From: an uncultured Pseudomonadota bacterium
GTDB taxonomy: Bacteria > Pseudomonadota > Gammaproteobacteria > Ga0077536
Reading direction: 5' to 3'
NCBI GenBank assembly: GCA_913047675.1
Contig: CAJWTO010000001.1
Span: 15,412-79,411 of the forward strand
Length of the DNA stretch: 64,000 nucleotides
Below are positions 40,075-49,260 of this stretch, piece by piece. The notes under the pieces are model-generated. The model saw only the letters and a program-made list of their open reading frames with translations. It made no database searches and was not told where the DNA came from. Every line of letters starts with the position of its first letter. Position 1 is the first letter of the stretch. The translations under genes were made by a program, and so were the position numbers.

Positions 40075-40306
40075 ACGGTCGTAACAGTTCAACGAGCAAG
40101 GACTCATTGAATGTTCTGTGTCCTAAACATGTGCATTTTTTCTATACATATGAATCGACTAACAAGTTACTATCCAAGTTAGATTAATCAGTCACTCTAC
40201 TATATCCTTCATAGTGTAATTAGCGTCCAAAAGGTCTTGCCCATCTAACCATGAGTACGCTTAGCTAATTAAGACTGCCACAAATAATTTATAGGTGAAA
40301 TTAATT

Positions 40307-41155
40307 ATGAAAGATGAAACTTATACTCCGCCAAAAGTCTGGAAATGGAACGATCAAGATGGCGGCAAGTGGACCAAAATTAACCGCCCAATTTCTGGCG
40401 CCACTCATGAAAAAACTTTGCCTGTTGGTAAAAACCCCCTGCAACTTTACTCTTTGGCGACGCCTAACGGCGTAAAAGTTACTGTCCTGCTCGAGGAACT
40501 AATAGAGCTCGGCATAACTGATGCAGAGTATGACGCTTATCTCATCAATATCGGTGAAGGAGATCAATTTGGTAGCGACTTTGTAGCTATTAACCCCAAC
40601 TCGAAGATCCCAGCGTTGCTCGATACGAGTACCGAGGTCCCTACCCGGGTATTTGAGTCCGGTGCGATCCTAGTATATCTCGCAGAAAAATTTGGGTTGT
40701 TCTTGCCTACAAAACCTGCGGCAAGGGCTGAATGTATGTCGTGGCTTTTTTGGCAAATGGGAAGCGCGCCATACCTTGGCGGCGGATTTGGCCACTTCTA
40801 TAGCTATGCTCCAATGAAGATAGAGTACTGCATCGATCGCTTTAGTATGGAAGTAAAACGTCAGCTAGATGTTTTAGATAAAAATCTTGCAGAAAGACAA
40901 TTCTTATGTGGCGACGACTACAATATATCCGACATCGCAGTTTATTCCTGGTATGGGAGTCTAGTCGTCAATACTCTGTACGATGCTCAAGAATTCCTAG
41001 ATACCGCGTCTTATACTAATGTCTCCCGATGGGCGAATGAAATACAGTCAAGACCAGCGGTACTCAGAGGCCAACGAGTAAACAAAACTTGGGGACCAGA
41101 AGAAGAACAGATGGCCGAGAGACATCATGCGGATGACTTCAAGATATCAAGTTAG
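40307..41155 (+). CDS. yghU: Nu-class glutathione S-transferase (disulfide-bond reductase) YghU
   Basis: Near-collinear with remembered E. coli YghU (PPKVWKW, INRPISGATHEKTLPVGKNPLQLYSL, NPNSKIPAL, GGGFGHFYSYAP.KIEY). The ATG at 40307 is preferred to the GTG at 40295. Confidence 0.9.
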   Translation: MKDETYTPPKVWKWNDQDGGKWTKINRPISGATHEKTLPVGKNPLQLYSLATPNGVKVTVLLEELIELGITDAEYDAYLINIGEGDQFGSDFVAINPNSKIPALLDTSTEVPTRVFESGAILVYLAEKFGLFLPTKPAARAECMSWLFWQMGSAPYLGGGFGHFYSYAPMKIEYCIDRFSMEVKRQLDVLDKNLAERQFLCGDDYNISDIAVYSWYGSLVVNTLYDAQEFLDTASYTNVSRWANEIQSRPAVLRGQRVNKTWGPEEEQMAERHHADDFKISS

Positions 41156-41174
41156 GATCCGCAAACCAGACAAC

Positions 41175-41197
41175 AAAGGGCCTTTTTCAGGCCCTTT
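41175..41197. terminator. Bidirectional rho-independent terminator between convergent yghU and the OYE gene
   Basis: AAAGGGCC-TTTTTCA-GGCCCTTT forms a perfect 8-bp GC-rich stem flanked by A/T runs on both strands. Confidence 0.7.
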
Positions 41198-41216
41198 CCC
41201 CAAAAACTGATGCGGC

Positions 41217-42332
41217 TTAACTATTTAAAATGACATCATTGTCAACAAAACCCTCGGCGTCTTTGACGAACCCTTTCCAAACTTTCATATACTCAACAAA
41301 TGTTTGGCTTAACCCTTCACTAAGTAGATAAGTTTCCGATACTGGTAATTCAGTGGGTGAGAAATCTGCATTAGCTCTCAGTAGCTCAGGATAGTTGTGA
41401 TGCAGTATTCCTGCGCGACCCAGCATCACCCAATCAACCCCTTGATCCAGAGCTCGTTGGATATCGGCAGGTGTCGTAATTTTACCCGCAACCCCTAGCC
41501 GGACATTTTTGCGGGGTATCGATGTAAAGTAAGACAGTAAGCTCTTTCCAGCATAAGCGTCTTCCTCTGGTTCTTTAAATACATCCCAAAGCGACATGTC
41601 TAGAAACTCTATTTTTTCATCATCAAGTAGGTTCTCTACTAGGCTTAAAATTTCCGACAAATCCATCCCAAAACGCTCGGGAGATAACCGAACTCCAAGC
41701 ATAAATTCAGCTCCACATCGTTCCCGAATCCCATTTATAATCTGCATTAATGGCCTTTGCCGATTTTGTAAGGATCCGCCAAACTGATCAGTTCTAGAAT
41801 TGAACTCGGCAGACAGGAACTGAGCTAATAAATATCCGTGCGCTCCGTGTAACTCTACGCCATCAAAACCAGATTTTTCAGCCCTCTCTGCAGCCACAAT
41901 GAAAGCCTCAATCATTGATTCAACTTCCACCGTGGTCATCGCTCTAGCACCCCACTTCTCATTATCGGAGGCACTCAGTGGCTGCGTACCAATCACATCC
42001 GCGGGACACCGCATCCCACCATGATAAAGCTGCGCAATTGCTACGCTACCATGTTTCTTAATAGTGCTCGCCAAACGAGTTAGCCCAGTAATATGCTCAT
42101 CTGAGAAAATACCGAGCTGACCAGGAAAACCTTTCCCTTCCGCCTGAACGTGAGCAGCACAGGTCATAGTCAAACCGAACCCACCTTCCGCGCGTTTAGT
42201 CAGCCAATTGTATTCGTCCTCTGAGCAGACACCATCTTCATGACTTTGCGAGTTAGTCAGAGGAGCCAACATGAAGCGATTTTTCATCTCTGGTCCCCGG
42301 TTAAAGGCCAAAGGCGTAAATATAGAACTCAT
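41217..42332 (-). CDS. NADH:flavin oxidoreductase, Old Yellow Enzyme family
   Basis: 371 aa with MKNRFMLAPLTN, GFDGVELHGAHGYLLAQFLS and a TIM-barrel OYE pattern. Confidence 0.85.
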   Translation of the reverse strand: MSSIFTPLAFNRGPEMKNRFMLAPLTNSQSHEDGVCSEDEYNWLTKRAEGGFGLTMTCAAHVQAEGKGFPGQLGIFSDEHITGLTRLASTIKKHGSVAIAQLYHGGMRCPADVIGTQPLSASDNEKWGARAMTTVEVESMIEAFIVAAERAEKSGFDGVELHGAHGYLLAQFLSAEFNSRTDQFGGSLQNRQRPLMQIINGIRERCGAEFMLGVRLSPERFGMDLSEILSLVENLLDDEKIEFLDMSLWDVFKEPEEDAYAGKSLLSYFTSIPRKNVRLGVAGKITTPADIQRALDQGVDWVMLGRAGILHHNYPELLRANADFSPTELPVSETYLLSEGLSQTFVEYMKVWKGFVKDAEGFVDNDVILNS

Positions 42333-42462
42333 TTTATATCCTTTAATTAATTATTTTTTTGTTTTCGCTCGGATTAGATTGTTAATAATTTTGTCGACCA
42401 AGGAGCAAAGCGAGAAGTATGCTATCACGAAATTTCCTAGACGATAAATCGATACAACCTAG

Positions 42463-43605
42463 CTACTTCGGTGCTATTGTGAAGGCGTCCAATGTGTCAC
42501 CTATGAATCGTTTTCCTTCATCTAAATCATAGCCTTCTTCTACCACAATCTCTTCCGCATAATTGAACATCACTTGAAATAGTCGTCTTCCTTCAACCGT
42601 ATCGCGAAGAGTGATCTCATCGTAGGACCGTAATCTTGTGTCCCAGGCTGCCCGCACATCCTTCCAAAACTCTTTCGTCTTTGACCAGTACTCATGCCCC
42701 GGAGAAAAATCGTGATCAATAATTCTCTCATACCGGTTGAACCCTGCTTCGCGCGCTATATTGCGCTCGTTATCTGTAACATCTATAGCCACCTTGAGAT
42801 TATCTTCCTCATGCACCCACCCCGTTGGAGTGATCGTATGTCGATTTACCCCTACTAATAAATCGTAATCATCGCGCACGCTGAATTCTCGCCGAGGCAA
42901 GGGTCGCCGAGTTTGTTCGCTTTCCCAAGAGCTATAATTAACGCTATGAACCCATTGCCCAATGGCTTCATATCGAGGCGAATCGTCAACCTGAAATACA
43001 GCTTGCGACCATTTACCTGAGACGTCACCTTCGTCTAGACTGACTCGTTCCCAAGTATTATCTTTATCAAAAACGTTTAAAACAGTGTCCTCGTAGGTCC
43101 AGTCTTGCCTCCAGTGTTTTACTACAACAGAAGTAACCTTGTTATTGCTTTCATTGACAAACTTCATCACCAAAACGTGTTGAAGACTTATAAAGAAAGG
43201 ATCATCAGCAATGACGTAGACATGCTCCGTCCCCCACGACTGATAAGGCGCCTTAGGCTCATAGTCTTTTTCGAAGCCCGCCAACTCTACAAAATCAAAT
43301 GATGCGCGATAAGAGCCAGACATTGCCCTTATAGCTCGTCGGTCTTTTTCAATTTTCTGCAAACCGCTTTCCTGGACTTGCAACCACAATTTATCAGGTT
43401 CACGTTGTAAGGTTACATTTGCGCCCTGAGTAGTGCCACCCCTAGGCTTCATACTATCTGTCGGAGCAAAGGGCCAAGCGTAAGTAAATTGATGTTTGCC
43501 TACCGCAGCACCCCTGGCTGCGACGGTCCCAGTCAGCACACCCGCGGTTAGAACTATCAACCAAAAACTCTTAGCTGATGGGAAATCTATTTTTAAAGCC
43601 ACCAT
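42463..43605 (-). CDS. Hypothetical exported protein
   Basis: 380 aa with a signal-peptide-like N-terminus (FWLIVLTAGVLTGTVAARGAA). No motif I can assign. Divergent from the Fur-box promoter. Confidence 0.5.
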   Translation of the reverse strand: MVALKIDFPSAKSFWLIVLTAGVLTGTVAARGAAVGKHQFTYAWPFAPTDSMKPRGGTTQGANVTLQREPDKLWLQVQESGLQKIEKDRRAIRAMSGSYRASFDFVELAGFEKDYEPKAPYQSWGTEHVYVIADDPFFISLQHVLVMKFVNESNNKVTSVVVKHWRQDWTYEDTVLNVFDKDNTWERVSLDEGDVSGKWSQAVFQVDDSPRYEAIGQWVHSVNYSSWESEQTRRPLPRREFSVRDDYDLLVGVNRHTITPTGWVHEEDNLKVAIDVTDNERNIAREAGFNRYERIIDHDFSPGHEYWSKTKEFWKDVRAAWDTRLRSYDEITLRDTVEGRRLFQVMFNYAEEIVVEEGYDLDEGKRFIGDTLDAFTIAPK

Positions 43606-43758
43606 TAACCCTATCTAAATATGTCTAGAAAATTATAAAGCCGACACCGCGTACAACCAATAAGGAAATACGACAAGCAATTAAAATCAAAGTACACCAA
43701 AGGATTACGCTTCCAGCGACAATATGGCCTAACCGCCGACAGAAATAACATGATTTTA

Positions 43759-43787
43759 TTGTAAATGATAATCATTCTTGATATTGT
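43759..43787 (+). promoter_or_regulatory. Sigma70-like promoter (TTGTAA-17 nt-TATTGT) with an embedded Fur box
   Basis: GTAAATGATAATCATTCTT (43761-43779) matches the 19-bp Fur consensus GATAATGATAATCATTATC at 15 of 19 positions. Its core AATGATAATCATT is a perfect 13-bp palindrome. The box fills the -35/-10 spacer. Confidence 0.6.
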
Positions 43788-43826
43788 TACTATTATTAAT
43801 AGTTGATTACAGACAGGGTTTGCTCC

Positions 43827-44366
43827 ATGCATGAAAAACAAATAGAACCAAGCGGATCATCCTACCAAATATCATCGCCCACCAGCCTAAATATGCTAAA
43901 CGGCAGCGAAAAATTCTTAGTTTGGGTGATCCATCATTGGGCGTATGAGCTAAATGACAATAGGGATCCGTTGCCAAAAATTAAAAAGGCATTCGATTCG
44001 ATTGGATTCAAAGATTCTAGTCAACTTACCTCAGATATATTCTCAGAAATCTTATTAAACTTATTCACGTCAAGCACCGTACAACTCACCGTTGGTTGTC
44101 CTCACAAGCTTGGAACAGCCGAACATGTGATTTTAGGATACCTCGGTTTTTTTCAAAGTAACCAGTTACAAATTGGTGAAAATCTTTTGTCGAAGTGCCT
44201 ACCGCAGGCCAGTGTGCGAATAGTAAGTAAGATGCTTAAAGCGCTTGGCAAACAGCTGTCATGTCACAATTTCAATATCAGTATAAGGCCCGAGCACCTT
44301 GATATGCTCTCAAATACGAGGCACTCGGTTCAAAGAAACGCAGGTCAAGAACGAATTATTCATTAA
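43827..44366 (+). CDS. Hypothetical protein (no assignable family)
   Basis: About 179 aa from ATG 43827 (ORF-track TTG at 43803). It is the first gene downstream of the Fur-box promoter and lies 25 nt upstream of the peroxiredoxin gene. Confidence 0.5.
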   Translation: MHEKQIEPSGSSYQISSPTSLNMLNGSEKFLVWVIHHWAYELNDNRDPLPKIKKAFDSIGFKDSSQLTSDIFSEILLNLFTSSTVQLTVGCPHKLGTAEHVILGYLGFFQSNQLQIGENLLSKCLPQASVRIVSKMLKALGKQLSCHNFNISIRPEHLDMLSNTRHSVQRNAGQERIIH

Positions 44367-44391
44367 AAAGCAGTGGAGTGTTAGACGCAAA

Positions 44392-44916
44392 ATGTTAAAT
44401 AGAAAAGTGCCAGTAGTTACATTCAAAACACGAGTTAGAGACGAATCATTGGGAGGAGATAATCCGTACAAATGGGAGAATAAAACCTCTTCTGATTATT
44501 TTTCAGGTAAAAAAGTCATTTTGTTCTCGCTTCCTGGCGCGTTCACACCGACTTGCTCTACTTATCAGCTACCCGATTATGAGAAGCTGTTCCCCGAATT
44601 TAAAGCTTCAGGCGTGGACGCAATTTACTGTATGTCAGTGAATGACGCATTCGTAATGAACGCATGGGGTAAGCAACAGGGTCTCACCAACGTTGGGCTC
44701 ATACCCGATGGTTCTGGCGAATTCACTCGAAAAATGGGCATGCTTGTAGATAAAGACAATCTTGGTTTTGGAATGCGTTCATGGAGATACGCTGCAGTCA
44801 TTAATGACGGCACCATTGAAGCCTGGTTCGAAGAACCGGGCTTTGAAGACAATCACGGAGATGATCCTTATGGTGAATCTTCGCCACAAAATGTACTTGC
44901 TAAGCTAGCCGCTTAG
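44392..44916 (+). CDS. Peroxiredoxin, Prx5/type-II (atypical 2-Cys) subfamily
   Basis: LPGAFTPTCS peroxidatic-Cys motif. The start is set at ATG 44392 (MLNRKVPVVTFKTRV) with a GGAG SD; the ORF-track start at 44299 overlaps the upstream gene. Confidence 0.85.
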   Translation: MLNRKVPVVTFKTRVRDESLGGDNPYKWENKTSSDYFSGKKVILFSLPGAFTPTCSTYQLPDYEKLFPEFKASGVDAIYCMSVNDAFVMNAWGKQQGLTNVGLIPDGSGEFTRKMGMLVDKDNLGFGMRSWRYAAVINDGTIEAWFEEPGFEDNHGDDPYGESSPQNVLAKLAA

Positions 44917-45021
44917 AGGAACTTTTTGAGACCAGCACTGGCGGGTTCTATGACAGCAATCGCCGGTGCATTCTCTTACCTATATTGCACGGCCTAAAGC
45001 AATAGCCTCACAAAATATCGA

Positions 45022-45486
45022 TTATTGTCTCATTACAGAGTTGCAAAATTTGAGCTGGGTTTGTAGCAAATCCTTATTCGACTCGCTATAAAAATTGCCT
45101 AAAATCTCACTCATATTATTCGTCGGATTAGATTGCTTCACTTTCAACCTACCCAAAAACATTCTAGAGCTGTCCGTCATGACTAACCCCGCAGAACCTT
45201 TATTCCATAGGCTAGACTTTCGATATTCATTGCCATAAAAACTATCAGCATTCCAGATACTAAGGTCGGATCCTTGGGAGCCATAACGCCCTTTCACATT
45301 GCAGATACTACTAGGATGATTCGAGTCACACAATTCGCCAAAACAACCCAAAAACATTGGATTTTGACCAGTGCCCCCATAGAGTCTAGTTTCCGAAATA
45401 CTGTAATTGGTGACAAAAATACAGGCGAGAAATACAGTAGGAATCTTTAACCGATTTCTAAATATTTTTTGGGTCCTGCGCATCAA
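45022..45486 (-). CDS. Hypothetical exported Cys-containing protein
   Basis: 154 aa with a basic N-terminus plus hydrophobic helix (KIPTVFLACIFV). It overlaps the upstream gene's 3' end by 29 nt. No family recognised. Confidence 0.4.
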   Translation of the reverse strand: MMRRTQKIFRNRLKIPTVFLACIFVTNYSISETRLYGGTGQNPMFLGCFGELCDSNHPSSICNVKGRYGSQGSDLSIWNADSFYGNEYRKSSLWNKGSAGLVMTDSSRMFLGRLKVKQSNPTNNMSEILGNFYSESNKDLLQTQLKFCNSVMRQ

Positions 45487-46129
45487 ACTCTGCTCTGAGT
45501 GTCTCGGAGGTCATTACACGACCATAGTAAGGAAGCAGTATCGACAGAGTCAATTCACTATATTCACCCAACATTCGATCGGTGCAATCTGATAAAACCA
45601 CTACTCCATAATCTCTCTCATTAGCACTACGAGCAGTCATTTCTATTCCAAAATTAGTTGCAAGACCGGCTAAAATCAGTACGTGGCGACCTAAATTCCT
45701 GAGGAGAATTTCAAATTCACTTCCAGTAAAAGGATCGACTTTAGCATTATCAATTGTGTACTCCATCGATCCAGCTCCTCTGGTAAATTCATCAAGAGTC
45801 TCAGCCCCCCATTGACCTCTCACAGCCATATTATTTTCAGGTAGTTGAAGTACTCGCCCAGAGCCTCTGACATAACCTCCCCGCTTCACCCTAAGCTCAG
45901 GGTGACCTGATCTGAAAGTTTCATTATGAAAAATTATAGGGACGGATTTCGAGCGACAATCTTCAACGAGATTTAATATTCTATTTTTTGTGTCTGGATA
46001 GGGTAATACATTCCGAGTAAAATCGTATCCCTGACCATCTGGATGCCAAAACTCATTCTGTAAGTGAGTCAAAACTAAGATCGAATCATTAAGCGGCACC
46101 ATCGGGTACTCCGCTGAAATGTCCTTCAC
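45458..46129 (-). CDS. Isochorismatase-like hydrolase lacking the nucleophilic cysteine
   Basis: 223 aa with an isochorismatase-fold pattern. The usual G..TN.CV..TARDA segment reads GLATNFGIEMTARSA, with Gly at the Cys position. Confidence 0.7.
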   Translation of the reverse strand: MKDISAEYPMVPLNDSILVLTHLQNEFWHPDGQGYDFTRNVLPYPDTKNRILNLVEDCRSKSVPIIFHNETFRSGHPELRVKRGGYVRGSGRVLQLPENNMAVRGQWGAETLDEFTRGAGSMEYTIDNAKVDPFTGSEFEILLRNLGRHVLILAGLATNFGIEMTARSANERDYGVVVLSDCTDRMLGEYSELTLSILLPYYGRVMTSETLRAEFDAQDPKNI

Positions 46130-46133
46130 TCTC

Positions 46134-47405
46134 CTAACCTCGACTTCTAAATTGGATTGGTAGAGCCTTTAATGGTCGAAAATTAAGGCTGTAGACGTAA
46201 GATGGCTCAGGAAGATCCGCGTTCAATTTGAAATTCTCTAAACGTTCCATCAGTACTTTAATACCAATCAGAATTTCTTGCTTCGCGAGCTGTTGGCCTA
46301 GACAAACATGTATCCCACCACCAAAGGCTAAATGAGTCGCAGAGTTTTTTCTTTCAATATCGAAAGAACGAGGACATTCAAATCTTTCGCCATCTTGATT
46401 CGCAGCGCCAAATCTCAACAAAACAGTATCACCTTTTTTTAAATCGACTCCCCGAATAGAAGTATCTTTTGTCACAGTTCTCATAATACCTTGTACAGGG
46501 CTTTCAATTCGCAAAGTCTCATCAACAAACCGTTTCAGGAGTTCCGGCTTGTCCCGTAACTTCTGATACTGCACCGGGTTTTGTATCAAAAGCCATAAAC
46601 CATGCGCGATCGCGCTAGTGGTCGTCTCATAACCTCCAGTGATCAATTGGTTCAGCAAATTTTGCAACTCGTGCTCAGTAAATGGTTCTTCTCCCTCTAG
46701 CGTGACATGAACTAAATCTGATATCAGGTCGCCAGTGGGATTTTTTCGCCTCGACTCAAAGACTTCAGACAAATAATGCTGCGCATCTAATTCGATCTCG
46801 GCGATTTCTCTCAATCTTTCATCAGACATGATCTCATTACTGGTTGCCAACATCGCTAAAGCCCATTTTTGAAACCGAGCGAACTGAGTTTTATCCAATC
46901 CAAGCTGCTCTCCCAAGATCATTCCAGGTAGCGGTAATGCAAAATCCTTTATCAGATCGCACTCGCCAAGATGTTCAAACTTATCTATCAACTCATGCGC
47001 TAACGCTTCAACCGCAGGAACCAGATCTCTAACTCTCGCAGCTGTAAAAACTCGATCTACAAGCTTTCTATGAGTTGCATGCTTAGGTGGATCTGTCCGA
47101 TGCAGCACGTGCACATGTTCCCAACCTTTTTCTTTAAGCATCTCCTGGTAGCGTCTGCCGTTATCGCCCTGAAGAGCCTCCATAGCCAGAATGACATTAG
47201 AAAACGTTTCAGTGTCTCTCAAGATATGTGCCACATCATCATACTTGGTTACCACATAAATACCCGTTTCTGGCATTTTGTAGATTGGCTCTTCCCTTTG
47301 CAACGCCTCATAAAAACCCCAAGGGTTGGCCAAAGTCTCAGCATCCAAAAGGCTTGTATCAGAGATCTTTTTTGTCATAGGGCAAACATCTTTATCGGAA
47401 GTCAT
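46134..47405 (-). CDS. Cytochrome P450 (non-CYP153)
   Basis: 423 aa with the I-helix region LITGGYETTTSAI, an ExxR motif (ETLR) and Cys-ligand loop FGGGIHVCLGQQLA. Confidence 0.9.
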   Translation of the reverse strand: MTSDKDVCPMTKKISDTSLLDAETLANPWGFYEALQREEPIYKMPETGIYVVTKYDDVAHILRDTETFSNVILAMEALQGDNGRRYQEMLKEKGWEHVHVLHRTDPPKHATHRKLVDRVFTAARVRDLVPAVEALAHELIDKFEHLGECDLIKDFALPLPGMILGEQLGLDKTQFARFQKWALAMLATSNEIMSDERLREIAEIELDAQHYLSEVFESRRKNPTGDLISDLVHVTLEGEEPFTEHELQNLLNQLITGGYETTTSAIAHGLWLLIQNPVQYQKLRDKPELLKRFVDETLRIESPVQGIMRTVTKDTSIRGVDLKKGDTVLLRFGAANQDGERFECPRSFDIERKNSATHLAFGGGIHVCLGQQLAKQEILIGIKVLMERLENFKLNADLPEPSYVYSLNFRPLKALPIQFRSRG

Positions 47406-49132
47406 TTAGGCTCTCCCAACTTGCCCGCATCTTGGTACGCACTAGTTCGTAAAATTTTCCCAGGCAATGCCCCTGTGCACTCACCATCTACGAAAGTTAC
47501 TTCTCCATTTACCAGCATGTAACGATAACCTTCAGCCTTTTCTATCAACCGCTTTCCCCCACCAATTATATGGTCATAGTAGGGCCTGTCTGTAGTTACC
47601 TTAAGTGCTTCAAGGTCATAAACCATTATGTCTGCGGGCATTCCTGGCTCCAAAGTTCCTAGCCCATCAATACCTATCGCTTTCGCAGACATATATGACA
47701 TGCGCCAGTGAGCCTCCTCTAACGAGAGTGCTTTATCATCTCGAACTAATTTTGATAAAACCACTGTCGCATATTTCCCCATCGATATGAACTGCGCATG
47801 TGCGCCACCATCTGATAATCCTGGAATAATGTAGGGGCTCTGCATTATCCCTAAGTTTGCGCTATCATCATCACCAAGTTGATCTTCGATATAAAAATAT
47901 GTCTGTAGCTGTTCCTTGACGGCAATATCACAGAACACTTCTAAAGGAGTCTTGCCTTCCTCCGCGGCAATGTCCGTAATATATCGATCTTGGTACTCAG
48001 ACAACTTGCTCTCGTAGATCTTCATTTTATCCCAGCGACCGGACCAAACACGATCTAAATGATGATCTATATCATGTTGTAACTTCCTTCTAATTTCTTC
48101 GCTCGATAGATTTTCTATCCGTTTTTCCACAGGGCATGCTAGTGCTTCATTCCAAGCCGGCATATCATCGAATAAATTGTACTCTAGGAGGCTAAAAAGT
48201 GACCCTATACGGTGCACTGCACCCAACCCATAAATACGATGGCCACGCGAATTCGAATCCTCGATTTTCCCCAAAGTATCCTTCCATTTATCAGGAATAT
48301 GGTTCGAATGGATAACTACGCTATGAATAACAGGCCGACCACTAGCTTCGGCGTAACGTTCTAACAGCTGTTGTTCTTTTTCACCCATGTGTAAGTTATG
48401 CGGTGTTACCTCGGATGAACCTACATTGAACTCTCGCGCGACAGAAAGTAGCTCGAGCAACTCTTCTTCTTTGGCAATACCACTAGGCAACAAACTCCCG
48501 TCATGGTCTCGGTCAATTAAATTGTGATCAGTCGAGAGTCCAAGAGCACCTGCCCGGTATCCATCTCTCATCAACTGCTTCATTTGCTCCATTTCGTCGT
48601 CGGTAACATCTGCCCTTTTGGAATCGTCCGTGCCCAATACATAAGCTCGCAACACTGAATGAGGAATATAACCTGCGACATTAACACCTAACCCATGAGA
48701 TTGAAGCGAGTCAAAAAACTCACCCTGTGTCTCCCAGTCCCACTTCATTCCCTGCTTCATGGCTTCATAGGGAATTGCTTCCACTCGAGTCATACGCTGC
48801 ATAGCACGTTCACGATCCTCTGGACGGCACGGCGCAAATCCAAACCCACAAAGACTGATCACTACACTGGTAACACCATGCCAACAAGATTGTGATGCGT
48901 ATGGATCCCAGTTCAGTTGCGCATCGTAATGTGTATGTACGTCAATAACACCAGGAGCAACCACTAAGCCTGTCGCATCAATCTCCTTTCGACCGCGGCC
49001 GCTGACTTGTCCTGTCTGCACGACTCTACCATCCGTGATGGCAACATCTCCAACAAAAGAAGGTAGACGGGTTCCGTCAACGACTCTGCCACCTCGTATT
49101 ACCGTATCAAATTCAAAATTCTCACTCCTCAT
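47402..49132 (-). CDS. Amidohydrolase, N-acyl-D-amino-acid deacylase (D-aminoacylase) family
   Basis: 576 aa with N-terminal VIRGGRVVDGT...APGVIDVHTHYD metal-binding HxH. ATGA overlap with the downstream P450. Confidence 0.75.
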   Translation of the reverse strand: MRSENFEFDTVIRGGRVVDGTRLPSFVGDVAITDGRVVQTGQVSGRGRKEIDATGLVVAPGVIDVHTHYDAQLNWDPYASQSCWHGVTSVVISLCGFGFAPCRPEDRERAMQRMTRVEAIPYEAMKQGMKWDWETQGEFFDSLQSHGLGVNVAGYIPHSVLRAYVLGTDDSKRADVTDDEMEQMKQLMRDGYRAGALGLSTDHNLIDRDHDGSLLPSGIAKEEELLELLSVAREFNVGSSEVTPHNLHMGEKEQQLLERYAEASGRPVIHSVVIHSNHIPDKWKDTLGKIEDSNSRGHRIYGLGAVHRIGSLFSLLEYNLFDDMPAWNEALACPVEKRIENLSSEEIRRKLQHDIDHHLDRVWSGRWDKMKIYESKLSEYQDRYITDIAAEEGKTPLEVFCDIAVKEQLQTYFYIEDQLGDDDSANLGIMQSPYIIPGLSDGGAHAQFISMGKYATVVLSKLVRDDKALSLEEAHWRMSYMSAKAIGIDGLGTLEPGMPADIMVYDLEALKVTTDRPYYDHIIGGGKRLIEKAEGYRYMLVNGEVTFVDGECTGALPGKILRTSAYQDAGKLGEPK

Positions 49133-49260
49133 TTCTTACTCCCCGTAAAAACGTAAATTGACTTATTATCGTACGAAAAAAAGCCCGAAACCTATCTCTC
49201 TAGCAAACAGCAAACCTCCCTCATGTAATTTATTATACGTCTCGAAATCAGCGATAAAAC

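Noticed and set aside
44299-44391. A 68-nt overlap between the hypothetical 187-aa ORF and the peroxiredoxin ORF, suggesting a possible fusion or frameshift.
   Set aside because: The Prx5 domain begins at the internal ATG 44392 with its own GGAG SD. The upstream part is simply an open frame read through the 3' end of the previous gene.
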